Source: Nitrosopumilus sp. (GTDB lineage Archaea > Thermoproteota > Nitrososphaeria > Nitrososphaerales > Nitrosopumilaceae). Taken from it: DNA of 64,000 bases. This document shows positions 28,666 to 39,232 of this stretch, in pieces. The position numbers and the translations under genes were made by a program. The stretch lies in NCBI GenBank assembly GCA_013215285.1, contig JABSRD010000001.1:418919-482918 (forward strand). The letters are read 5' to 3'. The notes under the pieces are model-generated. The model was not told where the DNA came from and did not search any database. It worked only from the letters and a program-made list of their open reading frames with translations. Within the stretch, counting starts at the first letter, position 1; each line of letters opens with the position of its first letter.

Positions 28666-28833
28666 CTATAATCCTTGTTTTCTTAAGAGAAATTGCATTA
28701 TGGCCTCTTTTGAATAATCTATTCCGTGTTCTTCATCAGTATGATTTCTAAAATCTTCTATAACTTGTTTCATTTCACCTTCGGCTACATAATCACATTC
28801 AAAACCATAATCATTACACTTTAGTTTTGCCAT
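28666..28833 (-). CDS. DUF1059-like small metal-binding protein (55 aa)
   Basis: Missed by the ORF track. MAKLKCNDYGFECDYVAEGE...HTDEEHGI, matching the C..G..C / H...H pattern. Confidence 0.82.
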   Translation of the reverse strand: MAKLKCNDYGFECDYVAEGEMKQVIEDFRNHTDEEHGIDYSKEAIMQFLLRKQGL

Positions 28834-28944
28834 ACTTTTAAAAAAATACTTTGAATATAAAAATCCACAGGTATGTTTTTTTGAATGAAATCTATTTTTT
28901 TTGATCCCCTAAATGAAAATTAATTATGTCTTTAAAAATTATTT

Positions 28945-29781
28945 TTATCCATAGGATTCAAATTTAATTCCAAAACTACCATCTGGTTTCTTTTCATGTT
29001 CAGTAACAAAACCTCTTGAATCCAAAGATTCGATTACCCCGTCAATAGTACCTTGATATCCACAAATGTATACAATTGTATTATCTGGAGTAATTTCTTC
29101 ACCTACCATTTCATCTATTGGTGATAATCCAGTTTTTTTATCTGCCTTGAAGAATGATTCTACTCTACCTACGTGTCCATTCCAACTTCTGTTAAAGAAT
29201 TCTTTTGGCCTGCTAATAGCTGCTCTATATCTAAAATTCCACTTATCTCTTCCTCTACTTTCAATTTCTAAGTCTGTTAATAGTCGTTTGTAGCTTAATT
29301 CATCGACGTAACTTGCTCCATGTAAAATAACTACTTCTCTTTTATCATTAATATCATGGAAATGTTTTGCAAATGCAATAAATGGTGCTAATCCTGTTCC
29401 ACCGCCAACACAAACTACTCGTCTATTATCTTTTTGACCGTTAGGTAATTTATCACTAATTTGTAATGCAGCTCCTGTGGGTTCACCAAGAGATACCTCA
29501 TCTCCAACACTTAGATAAAATAATTCAGTTGTAACTCTACCTGGAAGTGGCTTTCTTACCCATCTAATTACAAATTCAAAATAATCACTATTTTCTGGAT
29601 GGGATGCAATTGAGTACGCTCGTCTAACTATTTTTTTTTCTGATGGAATTGGAAGACCAATTGTTAAAAATTGACCAGTTTTGTATTGAGGCATTCCTTT
29701 TTCTGGAACCAATCGTATGATTACAAGATCTACTTTTAACATCTCTCTATAGACAACTTTTGCCTTCATCTCAGTTACCAT
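28945..29781 (-). CDS. fpr: Ferredoxin/flavodoxin-NADP+ reductase
   Basis: RRAYSIAS FAD motif, GGGTGLAPF, YICGY, FESYG C-terminus. Confidence 0.88.
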   Translation of the reverse strand: MVTEMKAKVVYREMLKVDLVIIRLVPEKGMPQYKTGQFLTIGLPIPSEKKIVRRAYSIASHPENSDYFEFVIRWVRKPLPGRVTTELFYLSVGDEVSLGEPTGAALQISDKLPNGQKDNRRVVCVGGGTGLAPFIAFAKHFHDINDKREVVILHGASYVDELSYKRLLTDLEIESRGRDKWNFRYRAAISRPKEFFNRSWNGHVGRVESFFKADKKTGLSPIDEMVGEEITPDNTIVYICGYQGTIDGVIESLDSRGFVTEHEKKPDGSFGIKFESYG

Positions 29782-29911
29782 ACAAAAGACTTTTTCGTGA
29801 CTTTGGATAAATGTATTTCTCTTGTGATCTGCTTCAAAAAATTTGATTATTGTTCTAAATATTAGAAAAATTGCACAATTACTTTAAAATTTAATTTTTT
29901 ACTGTATTCAG

Positions 29912-30712
29912 TCATTTATTAATCTGAGACATTATTTCATCAAGAATTTTCTGATTTACTGCAGCAATAAAAGAAACTCTTGTTTCATAACTCAGATCAG
30001 CATCTAATGGATTCAAGTTTGCATCTAACAATAAACCGCCAGCTTCTTTTACAATTATGTATCCTGCAGCAATATCTTGAATTCTAATTTTATCTCTTAA
30101 ATCAATAAAAATATCCATTAACCCTCTTGCAAATAATGCCATTTCTAGGGCATTAGCACCAAAATGTCTTGTATGATTATGATTTTCAAATATTGGATGT
30201 AATCGTTTCATCAAGTCTGTTGATGCACCTGATATGTTAATGCCAACTATTTTGTAGATTGGTTCCTTATTCTGAACTTTAATTTGTTTATCATTAAAAA
30301 ATGAACCCTTATTTTTTGAAGCCCAATACATTTCACCATTTGATAGATTTGTAATTACTCCATCTGTAATGGAACTAAGTTTATTTTCAGTTGCAAATGC
30401 CAATGAACTACAAAAAAAAGGAACGCCACGTACTGCATTTGCAGAACCATCAATTGCATCCATAATTACATACCCTTTAGAATTATTAGACAATTCCACT
30501 CTTCCACATTCTTCACCTAAAACAATACATTCAAAATTAATTTCTTTAAGATAATCTAAAACTGTTTTTTCAGCAACAATGTCTATGTTTCGTGAAATAT
30601 CTCCACCATCTCCTATTCCAAAATCACCAGCTGCCTGTTCAGTACCTGCAAGATCTTTTACATTTTCATAAATCCTATTTGATGCTTCACGCAGAATTTC
30701 TATTACTTCCAT
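29912..30712 (-). CDS. suhB: Inositol monophosphatase / fructose-1,6-bisphosphatase family
   Basis: GEECG, DAIDGSANA, RIQDIAAG. Confidence 0.85.
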   Translation of the reverse strand: MEVIEILREASNRIYENVKDLAGTEQAAGDFGIGDGGDISRNIDIVAEKTVLDYLKEINFECIVLGEECGRVELSNNSKGYVIMDAIDGSANAVRGVPFFCSSLAFATENKLSSITDGVITNLSNGEMYWASKNKGSFFNDKQIKVQNKEPIYKIVGINISGASTDLMKRLHPIFENHNHTRHFGANALEMALFARGLMDIFIDLRDKIRIQDIAAGYIIVKEAGGLLLDANLNPLDADLSYETRVSFIAAVNQKILDEIMSQINK

Positions 30713-30795
30713 AATGCTAATTTAGATAATTCGTAATTTAAGTGACGTAAACATTTGTTTTGAAAGCATAAATAACAATAAAGAAATTTACGTTT

Positions 30796-31911
30796 GTGAG
30801 TGGCAAAGATCAATCTGTTGTAAGTAAAGAAGCTTTGATGAGTACAAAACCTGGAAAACAAATATTGAAACAAGCTTTATTCAAATCAAAAGGTTTCAAA
30901 TTATTTAACAAGTATAAAGAAGAAACAGAAAAGGAATTTCCAAATTTTGCAGAAAGATTTACGCAAGGTCTTCTTAATGAAATAAAATCTGACACTAATC
31001 CAAATTCTACTCAACAAGCATTTGGTGATGAAGTTGGTTCAACTGAAATAATTCTAAATGCCTCGGAAATCGAGCCTATCAAATCAAAATTAGAAAATCT
31101 GGATGTACTAAAAGATAGAGTACTTCGAATTTTGAATTCAAATTTTGTGAAAATGACTTTTCCTGTTTTTAACGCATTATTTGATGGAGCAGCAGAATAT
31201 TCTGGTAGAAATGATCCTCAATTAAAACAAGATATTGTTGAGGGACATATTTTAGCAATTGATCTTAGTGAACCCATGGATAGAATTGTAGATAAAGATG
31301 AAGATTTGGAATTTCTTGATGACTATAAATTAATGAACCCTTACATTTTGAAATTAGCTAGAAGTAAAATTTCAAAAGGTGGTGAACATGTTCTAAAATC
31401 ATTTGAAGAGGGATTCAAGGATGCAAGAATAGGACAATACCTTGATGAGAAATTAAAATCAAAACCAACTACAATTACTGAAGAAGAAATGATATTGTCC
31501 TATAAAAAATATCGTGCAGTAATGGGAACTGCTGGTAGAAACATGGCTTTAGCAGAACAGCCCTTGGGGGAAATTTTCTATTTAGGTATGGCAGGAGCTT
31601 CTGAAGGTGTTGGTTGTGGAAATGAAATTGAAGACTCTATCAAAAATGGATTTGTAAAAATACCTTCTTGGCCACTTTACTATTCATTATTAGCAAATGA
31701 TGTAAAAAAAGGATTTGCCATTACTTTAGAAAAAAGTAATTTGTATTTGCAAGATGCTAGACTTACTTTGGAATTATTACCTGAAGGATTTTCTCATAAA
31801 GAATTTTTAGAATTTTTGTTTTTGACTGTGGAGCATTACAATCATTATTGGTACAATAAATTACAAAAAGCCAATAAATGGTCTGAGTTTGAATCCAAAC
31901 TTCCAAAGTGA
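30796..31911 (+). CDS. Conserved hypothetical protein
   Basis: 371-aa ORF overlapping the RFC large subunit start. No recognised motif. Confidence 0.8.
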   Translation: MSGKDQSVVSKEALMSTKPGKQILKQALFKSKGFKLFNKYKEETEKEFPNFAERFTQGLLNEIKSDTNPNSTQQAFGDEVGSTEIILNASEIEPIKSKLENLDVLKDRVLRILNSNFVKMTFPVFNALFDGAAEYSGRNDPQLKQDIVEGHILAIDLSEPMDRIVDKDEDLEFLDDYKLMNPYILKLARSKISKGGEHVLKSFEEGFKDARIGQYLDEKLKSKPTTITEEEMILSYKKYRAVMGTAGRNMALAEQPLGEIFYLGMAGASEGVGCGNEIEDSIKNGFVKIPSWPLYYSLLANDVKKGFAITLEKSNLYLQDARLTLELLPEGFSHKEFLEFLFLTVEHYNHYWYNKLQKANKWSEFESKLPK

Positions 31912-33077
31912 TAAAATTGATGTGGTCTGAAAAATATCGACCTCAGATAATTTCTGACATGATAGGAAATGAAGAACCTCGTGCTGCTATCTTGGAATGG
32001 TTTGCAAAATGGAAAAAAGGAACAAAACCTCTTTTACTAGTTGGATCTCCAGGTATTGGAAAAACCACTATAGCTTATCTTGTTGCTAAACAATTTGGTT
32101 ATGACATGATTGGGTTAAATGCCAGTGATGTTAGAAGCAAATCTAGAATTAATGAAATTCTTACGCCTATTTTAGGAAATGTTAGTGTTCTAGGAACTCC
32201 TATGATTTTTGTAGATGAGGTAGATGGAATTCATGGTCGTGGTGATTATGGTGGAGCAGCAGCTCTTGTTGATATTTTAAAAGAACCTACAGTACCAATT
32301 ATTCTTGCTGCAAATAATGACACATTAGATAAAATGAAAAATATAAAAAAAGCAGTTAAAACAATTTCATTCAAAAAAATTCCTCCACGTTTACTGAGAG
32401 TTTATCTTGAAAATATTTTAAAAAAAGAAGATGCAAAACTAAGTCCTGGATCTTTAATCAAAGTAATTGATAAATCTCGTGGAGATATTCGCTCAATGAT
32501 TAATCTTACACAATCTTTTGTAACTGGATTTAATCCACAAACTGAAACATCTTTTGAAAGTATTAATGTTGAAGATGGAGTTAATGCATTCTTTAAAGCA
32601 AATTCTATTGAAGAGGCAAGAAGTGTTTTGTATTCAATACAAATTGATCCTAGACAAAAAATCAATGCATTTTATTCTAGTATTATTACAAGCGAATTAG
32701 ATAATTCCACACTTGCAAAATATTTGGAAATTATTTCTGATGCTGATATGCTTTATGGAAAAATAATGAAAACCCAAAATTGGAGACTTTTACGATATCT
32801 TAATGATATTTTAGTTAAATTATATCAAAATGATGATCGAATAAGATATAGTAAATACAATCTTTCATGGCCTTTACTAAATAGAATACGTTGGGATGGT
32901 GCAAAAATTAAATCAATGTCTTCTGTAATGGCAAAAAAATTACATTTATCTTCTAGTGCATTTGTAACATTTTGTTTATCATATGTTTTATTTTGTATAA
33001 AAAATAAAACTCTTGAATTAGAAATAGAAGAAACTTTTGGTGATATTATTGAAAAGGAGATTGAACTAATACAATGA
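31908..33077 (+). CDS. rfcL: Replication factor C large subunit
   Basis: WSEKYRP, GSPGIGKTT, LNASDVR, DEVDG, GDIRSMIN. Confidence 0.9.
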   Translation: MIKLMWSEKYRPQIISDMIGNEEPRAAILEWFAKWKKGTKPLLLVGSPGIGKTTIAYLVAKQFGYDMIGLNASDVRSKSRINEILTPILGNVSVLGTPMIFVDEVDGIHGRGDYGGAAALVDILKEPTVPIILAANNDTLDKMKNIKKAVKTISFKKIPPRLLRVYLENILKKEDAKLSPGSLIKVIDKSRGDIRSMINLTQSFVTGFNPQTETSFESINVEDGVNAFFKANSIEEARSVLYSIQIDPRQKINAFYSSIITSELDNSTLAKYLEIISDADMLYGKIMKTQNWRLLRYLNDILVKLYQNDDRIRYSKYNLSWPLLNRIRWDGAKIKSMSSVMAKKLHLSSSAFVTFCLSYVLFCIKNKTLELEIEETFGDIIEKEIELIQ

Positions 33078-33385
33078 GTTGGAGAAAAATCCCTATGAAA
33101 TTTCCTGGTACCTGTATAATTTGTAATGAAAAAATTGAAGTTAATGAAATTGGATTATGGGCAAAAGGACTGGGTGTAAAACATGAAAAATGTGCTCAAA
33201 TAAGTGAATTACAATGTGTTGTGTGTAAAGGCCCTGCTGGTTGTCCTCAATGCGAGTTTCAGGATATCTGTGATATTTCAAATGTTTCTCAATTATGTAT
33301 GTGTAAAAAATGCAGTGAGGCAAAAGATGCTTTTAGTTCTTATCTAAAATCAACAAAAAAGCAATTTACAATACTAAACTCATGA
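33074..33385 (+). CDS. Cys-rich zinc-binding protein
   Basis: CIIC, HEKC, CVVC, CPQC, C..C repeats. Confidence 0.75.
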   Translation: MSWRKIPMKFPGTCIICNEKIEVNEIGLWAKGLGVKHEKCAQISELQCVVCKGPAGCPQCEFQDICDISNVSQLCMCKKCSEAKDAFSSYLKSTKKQFTILNS

Positions 33386-33488
33386 ATTAAAAAAAAACAA
33401 TAATCCTTTAGCTTCTATAAAATTTTTACAATATCCTTATCAACAAATTAAATTAATATATGAAACCCCCTTGCTTTAGATCATTATT

Positions 33489-35036
33489 ATGCATTCTGAA
33501 AAGATTGAAGGATATACTAAAAAAATTAATATCGCATTACAAGGAGGGGGCCAAGATAGAATTAAGGCTCAACATGGCAAAGGGAAATTAACTGCTCGTG
33601 AACGAATTGATCTTTTACTTGATGAAGGTACTTTTACTGAAATAGATCCATTAGCCACACATCATTACCACGAATATGATATGCAGAAAAAAAAATTCTT
33701 TACAGATGGTGTAATCGGTGGATATGGAAATGTAAATGGAAGACAAATCTTCCTCTTTGCTTATGATTTCACTATACTTGGTGGTACACTAAGTCAGATG
33801 GGCGCAAAAAAAATCTGTAAACTAATGGATCATGCAGTTAAAACTGGATGCCCAATTATTGGAATTATGGATTCTGGCGGTGCTAGAATTCAAGAAGGAA
33901 TTGTGAGTCTTGATGGATTTGCAGATATTTTTTATCATAACCAATTGGCTTCTGGAGTAATTCCACAAATTACTGCAAGTGTTGGCCCTTCTGCAGGTGG
34001 TTCTGTGTATTCACCTGCAATGACTGATTTTGTTATTATGGTTGAAAAGGTGGGAACGATGTTTGTTACAGGACCTGATGTTGTCAAGACTGTATTGGGT
34101 GAAGAAGTTTCATTTGATGATCTTGGTGGAGCAATGACACATAGTTCAAAAAGTGGTGTTTCACATTTTATTGCAAAAAATGAATACGAATGTATGGATT
34201 ATATCAAAAAATTAATTTCATATTTACCACAAAATAATACTGAAGCACCACCAAAAATTACAACTGATGATGATCCAAATAGAATGGATCATAATCTAAT
34301 TAACATAATTCCAGAAAATCCTTTACAACCATATGACATGAAAGATATCATTAACTCAATTGTTGATAATCATGAATTTTTTGAAGTACATGAATTATTC
34401 GCGCCAAACGTTGTGGTAGGTTTTGGAAGAATGAATGGTAGATCTGTAGGATTTGTAGCAAATAATCCAATGCATCTTGCAGGAGCATTAGATATTGATT
34501 CCTCAAATAAGGCTGCACGTTTTATCCGATTTTGTGATGCGTTTAACATATCTTTAATCACTTTAGTGGATACTCCTGGATACATGCCTGGTTCTAATCA
34601 AGAACATAACGGTATCATTAGACATGGTAGTAAACTACTTTATGCATTTTGTGAAGCAACTGTTCCAAGAATCACTTTAGTTATTGGTAAAGCATATGGT
34701 GGGGCATACATTGCAATGGGAAGTAAAAATCTTGGAACTGACATTAATTATGCATGGCCAACTGCTAGATGTGCTGTTTTAGGTGGTGAAGCTGCTGTAA
34801 AAATTATGTATAGAAAAGATCTTAGTGAAGCTAAAGATGCTGAAGCATTAAAAAAACAATTAATCGATGAATTTGCAGAAAAATTTGAAAATCCTTACGT
34901 TGCTGCATCGTATGGAACTGTTGATAACGTAATTGATCCTGCTGAAACAAGACCTATGATAATTAAAGCACTTGACATGCTTGAAAACAAAAGAGCAAAA
35001 CTACTACCTAGAAAACATGGAAATATCAATTTGTGA
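33489..35036 (+). CDS. pccB: Acetyl/propionyl-CoA carboxylase, carboxyltransferase subunit
   Basis: GKLTARER, DSGGARIQEG, DTPGYMPG, GKAYGGAY, KHGNINL. Confidence 0.95.
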   Translation: MHSEKIEGYTKKINIALQGGGQDRIKAQHGKGKLTARERIDLLLDEGTFTEIDPLATHHYHEYDMQKKKFFTDGVIGGYGNVNGRQIFLFAYDFTILGGTLSQMGAKKICKLMDHAVKTGCPIIGIMDSGGARIQEGIVSLDGFADIFYHNQLASGVIPQITASVGPSAGGSVYSPAMTDFVIMVEKVGTMFVTGPDVVKTVLGEEVSFDDLGGAMTHSSKSGVSHFIAKNEYECMDYIKKLISYLPQNNTEAPPKITTDDDPNRMDHNLINIIPENPLQPYDMKDIINSIVDNHEFFEVHELFAPNVVVGFGRMNGRSVGFVANNPMHLAGALDIDSSNKAARFIRFCDAFNISLITLVDTPGYMPGSNQEHNGIIRHGSKLLYAFCEATVPRITLVIGKAYGGAYIAMGSKNLGTDINYAWPTARCAVLGGEAAVKIMYRKDLSEAKDAEALKKQLIDEFAEKFENPYVAASYGTVDNVIDPAETRPMIIKALDMLENKRAKLLPRKHGNINL

Positions 35037-35042
35037 TTTAAA

Positions 35043-36530
35043 ATGATTGAAAAAGTACTTATCGCAAACAGAGGAGAAATTGCTTTACGTGTAATTAAGA
35101 CATGTAAAGCACTTGGAATTAAAACAGTTGCTGTTTATTCTGATGAAGATTACAATTCAATGCATGTGAAACAAGCTACTGAAGCATATTACATTGGGGA
35201 GGCAACTCCTACAAAATCATATCTTAATCAGGAAAAAATTCTAGAAGTCATGCTATCATCTGGTGCAGATGCTGTTCATCCAGGTTATGGTTTCCTTTCT
35301 GAAAACGATGACTTTGTACGACTGTGTGAAAAAAATAAAATTAATTTCATTGGCCCTTCTGCAGATTCAATGGATCTTTGTGGTGACAAAATGAAATGTA
35401 AAGCTGCAATGTTAAAAGCTAATGTTCCAACTGTTCCTGGAAGTCCTGGCCTAGTAAAAGATGCTGATGATGCAGAAAAAATTGCAAATAAAATTGGTTA
35501 TCCTGTAATGTTAAAATCAGTTTATGGTGGTGGTGGTCGTGGAATTAGAATAGTAACTAGTGATAAAGAATTACGTGAAGGCTATGAATCTGTTACGGGA
35601 GAATCTATGGCATCAGTAGGGAAATCCGCTATTATTGTAGAAAAATTTCTTGAAAAGACACGACACATTGAATTTCAGATGTGTAGAGATAAACATGGTA
35701 ATGCAGTTCACATCTTTGAGAGAGAATGCTCAATTCAAAGACGTAATCAAAAATTAATTGAGCAAACACCATCCCCTGTAGTAGATAAAGAAAAAAGAGA
35801 AGAAATTGGTGAAATAGTTGTTAATGCAACAGAAGCAGTTGATTATACTAACCTAGGAACTGCAGAATTTCTAAGGGCTGATAATGGTGAATTCTATTTC
35901 ATTGAAATTAATGCTAGATTACAAGTAGAACATCCAATTTCTGAATTGGTTTCTGGATTAGACTTTGTAAAACTTCAGATAGATATTGCAAATGGTGAAC
36001 CATTACCATTCAAACAAAAAGATCTCAAAATGAATGGTTATGCAATAGAATGTAGAATCAATGCAGAAGACACATTCTTAGACTTTGCTCCTTCTACTGG
36101 CCCGATTCCAGATGTAATAATTCCAGCAGGACCAAGCGTTCGGTGTGATACTTATCTATATCCTGGGTGTGCTGTTTCTCCATTTTATGACTCACTTATG
36201 GCAAAACTCTGTACATGGGGTCAAACATTTGAAGAATCTAGAACTAGAATGCTTGCGGCATTAAATGACTTTTACATTCAAGGAGTAGAAACTTCGATTC
36301 CGTTATACAAAACAATTCTAAATTCAGATGAATACAAAAATGGAGAACTATCCACTGATTTTCTCAAGCGTCATGGAATGATAGATAGATTGACTGAAGA
36401 TCTTAAGAAAGAAAAAGAAGATAAAAGTGAAGCAGCTTTAGCAGCTGCGATAATTCATTCTGAATATTTTAAGAGTAGAGCACAAAATAATACTACTACT
36501 AACGGAAATTGGAAATACAAATTGGATTGA
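35043..36530 (+). CDS. accC: Acetyl/propionyl-CoA carboxylase, biotin carboxylase subunit
   Basis: LIANRGEIA, HPGYGFLSEN, GGGGRG, RECSIQRRNQK, EINARLQVEHP. Confidence 0.96.
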   Translation: MIEKVLIANRGEIALRVIKTCKALGIKTVAVYSDEDYNSMHVKQATEAYYIGEATPTKSYLNQEKILEVMLSSGADAVHPGYGFLSENDDFVRLCEKNKINFIGPSADSMDLCGDKMKCKAAMLKANVPTVPGSPGLVKDADDAEKIANKIGYPVMLKSVYGGGGRGIRIVTSDKELREGYESVTGESMASVGKSAIIVEKFLEKTRHIEFQMCRDKHGNAVHIFERECSIQRRNQKLIEQTPSPVVDKEKREEIGEIVVNATEAVDYTNLGTAEFLRADNGEFYFIEINARLQVEHPISELVSGLDFVKLQIDIANGEPLPFKQKDLKMNGYAIECRINAEDTFLDFAPSTGPIPDVIIPAGPSVRCDTYLYPGCAVSPFYDSLMAKLCTWGQTFEESRTRMLAALNDFYIQGVETSIPLYKTILNSDEYKNGELSTDFLKRHGMIDRLTEDLKKEKEDKSEAALAAAIIHSEYFKSRAQNNTTTNGNWKYKLD

Positions 36531-36536
36531 TGAAAA

Positions 36537-37049
36537 ATGAATTATAAAATACAAGATATTGAAAAATCCTTTGATGGAAAGATAATAGAAAATCTTGGAA
36601 ACAATGATTATGTAATCAAAATTAATGATAATGAACATAAATTAAAAATTCTAACTATGAATTCTAAAGGAATTGAATTTATTTTAGATCAAAAATATCA
36701 CAGAGCAAAGTATCTTGAACAATCTACAAATGAAATGAATATTATAATTGACAATGTTCCTATCACTCTTAATTTACATACTCACTTTGATGAAGTTGTT
36801 TACAAAAATTCTGGTGGATCTGGGACTGGTAATGCACAGATAGATTTGAAAAGCCAAATTCCTGGAAAGGTTGTTTCTATATCTGTTTCAGAAGGTGATT
36901 CTGTACAAAAAGGTGATGTTGTTTGTACTTTAGAATCCATGAAAATGCAAGTTGCAATTAAATCTCACAAAGATGGAATTATAAAATCAATTAAAGTTAA
37001 AGAAACTGGAACTGTTGCCAAAGGTGACGTTGTTGCAGAAATAGAATAA
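36537..37049 (+). CDS. accB: Biotin carboxyl carrier protein
   Basis: ESMKM biotinyl-Lys motif. Confidence 0.93.
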   Translation: MNYKIQDIEKSFDGKIIENLGNNDYVIKINDNEHKLKILTMNSKGIEFILDQKYHRAKYLEQSTNEMNIIIDNVPITLNLHTHFDEVVYKNSGGSGTGNAQIDLKSQIPGKVVSISVSEGDSVQKGDVVCTLESMKMQVAIKSHKDGIIKSIKVKETGTVAKGDVVAEIE

Positions 37050-37057
37050 AAAAACTT

Positions 37058-37525
37058 TTACTGTTTTAAGAAATTTTTAATTTCTTCATAATTTGGTTCT
37101 TTAAGTGGATCTTCTGAAACCCATTTGTAACCAATTTTTCCATCTTCCATAATTATGAAAACAGAACGCTTTGCAGCATTGTAATCTTTAATGTGAGCTA
37201 AATCTGGCATCAAAATGTCATAATCTCTAATTGTTTTACTGTTATAATCTGCCAATAATGGAAAATTGAAGTTATGTTTTTCTACAAATGCCTTATTTGC
37301 AAATGGACCATCATTACTGATTGCAACAATGTGTGCACCAAGATCTGAAATCTCTTTCCAAGAATCTCTTAATACACATAATTCTGTTTCACAAACTGGT
37401 GAACTTGCAGCAACGATGAATGTCAATATGATCTTTTTTCCTTTAAATTCATCCAAAGTCCTCATTTTCAGTTCAATATCTGGAAGTTCAAAGCCCGGAG
37501 CTGTATCTCCAATATTTAACGACAT
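37058..37525 (-). CDS. Peroxiredoxin (AhpC/TSA family)
   Basis: GDTAPGFEL, SPVCETELC, AKRSVFII. Confidence 0.88.
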   Translation of the reverse strand: MSLNIGDTAPGFELPDIELKMRTLDEFKGKKIILTFIVAASSPVCETELCVLRDSWKEISDLGAHIVAISNDGPFANKAFVEKHNFNFPLLADYNSKTIRDYDILMPDLAHIKDYNAAKRSVFIIMEDGKIGYKWVSEDPLKEPNYEEIKNFLKQ

Positions 37526-37638
37526 GATGAATTTTTTATTATTAACCTATAAAGTACTTTACAAAAATTACTTTTTAAAAATTTGATCCAAAAAATGAAA
37601 CATACCTTTTTATACAAAAATTGGAGTAAAAAGCTAAA

Positions 37639-38010
37639 TTGGTCGGGGAATTAGCGGGCAATTATAGTACCGTTGTATTGATGTTTGGCTTTGCGGTAGT
37701 GGCAATGGCACCTGCATTACTTATTTCTAGAATGATTTCTCCACGAAAACGAAGTAATCCTGTTAAATTTTTACCAATGGAATGTGGTCAAGTCCCAACT
37801 GGTGAAGGACGAACTCACTTTATGATGCAGTATTACCCGTTCATTCTGATGTTTGTTGTTTTTGATGTTGTAGCAATTTTTTTGTATGCTTGGGGAAGTT
37901 CTCTTTTAGAACTTCCAAAGAGTGCAACTTTACCTATGATGGGCTTTTTAGCTATTATATTTGGAGCAATGGCATTTGCATTATATCAATCAGGGAGAAG
38001 AATATGGTAG
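37639..38010 (+). CDS. nuoA: NADH-quinone oxidoreductase subunit A
   Basis: PMECG, YYPFILMFVVFDV. Confidence 0.93.
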   Translation: MVGELAGNYSTVVLMFGFAVVAMAPALLISRMISPRKRSNPVKFLPMECGQVPTGEGRTHFMMQYYPFILMFVVFDVVAIFLYAWGSSLLELPKSATLPMMGFLAIIFGAMAFALYQSGRRIW

Positions 38011-38050
38011 TTTTTTATGTAAACAATATTTACGAGGTTAGGGGATAAGA

Positions 38051-38575
38051 TTGCTTAAAGATTTACTTACACCAGAAAATGCTAATGTCTTCATAGGAAA
38101 GTTGGGAGATGTTTTAGAAAAAGCAATTGACAAACCATTAGGTTATGCAATTAACTGGGGTAGAATTTGGTCACTATGGCCTGTACACATTGAAACAGCT
38201 TGTTGCAGTGTTGAGTTTGGTGCAGCATCAAGTCCAAGATATGATGTTGAAAGATTTGGAATCATTGAAGCATTTGGATCACTAAGACAATGTGATCTAA
38301 TTGTTGTGCAAGGAACCATTACGCGAAAAATGGCACCACGATTAAGATTAGTTTATGATCAAATGCCTGAACCAAAATATGTTATTGCAATGGGTGCTTG
38401 TGCAATTACTGGTGGATTATACTTTGATTCATACAATGTACTACCAGGAATTGATGGAGTAATTCCAGTTGATGTTTATGTTCCAGGTTGTCCACCAAGA
38501 CCTGAAACTCTAATTCAAGGATGTATTTTACTTCAAGAGAAAATTAAGAGAATGAAGGCTAGGAAGTTTGTATAA
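38051..38575 (+). CDS. nuoB: NADH-quinone oxidoreductase subunit B
   Basis: TACCSVE, AMGACAITGG, PGCPPRP. Confidence 0.96.
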   Translation: MLKDLLTPENANVFIGKLGDVLEKAIDKPLGYAINWGRIWSLWPVHIETACCSVEFGAASSPRYDVERFGIIEAFGSLRQCDLIVVQGTITRKMAPRLRLVYDQMPEPKYVIAMGACAITGGLYFDSYNVLPGIDGVIPVDVYVPGCPPRPETLIQGCILLQEKIKRMKARKFV

Positions 38576-39230
38576 TGAGTTCTGATTCTGAAAAACCTGT
38601 AACAGAGGTTAAATCTACAACTGAAACTAAACCTGAAACTAAACCTGAAACTAAACCTGAAACTAAACCTGAAACTAAACCTCTAAACCTACTACAAAGC
38701 CTGTAGTCAAAAAGCCTGAAGAAAAACCTGTAGAATTACCCGCATTTGAAAAAAATATTTCTGAAAAAATTGTTGAAAAATTTGGTGATAAAGTAGAAGT
38801 TGCATTTGTAAAAGAAGATAGAGTTCGAATTAATGTTAGTAAAGAAAATGTTCACGATGTTGCAGAATTCATTCGTGATGGATTAAACTATGATCACGTT
38901 GAGTCTGTTTCAGGCGTAGATTATCCACAAGATAAAGAAATTGAAGTTGTTTACCATATTGGTTCTTACACAGACTCATCATTGGCAAGACAAGTTCTTG
39001 TTTTAGCTACTAGAGCACAAAGAGAAGAAAATCCAATACCTGGACACGATGCAACAAAACTCCCAACTCTTAGAGACATCTTCTATAGTGTAGAGTTTCA
39101 TGAAAGAGAAATTTTTGAAATGTTAGGTGTTTATTTTGATGGCCATCCTGATAATAGACGATTACTTTTGCCAGAAGATTGGGCAGATTTACCTCCACTT
39201 AGAAAGGACTTTGCAATAAAGGGACGATAG
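38575..39230 (+). pseudogene. nuoC: NADH-quinone oxidoreductase subunit C, frameshifted in this sequence (possible assembly error)
   Basis: The ATG 38575 frame stops at TAG 38704-38706. A second frame from about 38685 encodes ...VSGVDYP...VVYH...EREIFEMLGVYFDGHP...PPLRKDF. Confidence 0.85.
38623..38690 (+). repeat. Tandem repeat (GAAACTAAACCT)x5 plus an 8-nt partial unit, encoding ETKP repeats
   Basis: Five exact 12-mers at 38623-38682, then CTAAACCT at 38683-38690. Confidence 0.97.
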
Positions 39231-39232
39231 AT

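Noticed and set aside
38623-38690. Regular direct repeats as a possible CRISPR array
   Set aside because: Contiguous 12-mers with no spacers, in frame as ETKP within nuoC, and no cas genes
38982-39230. 82-aa TTG-start ORF as an independent gene
   Set aside because: It is the C-terminal part of frameshifted nuoC, and the frame is open and NuoC-like back to about 38685
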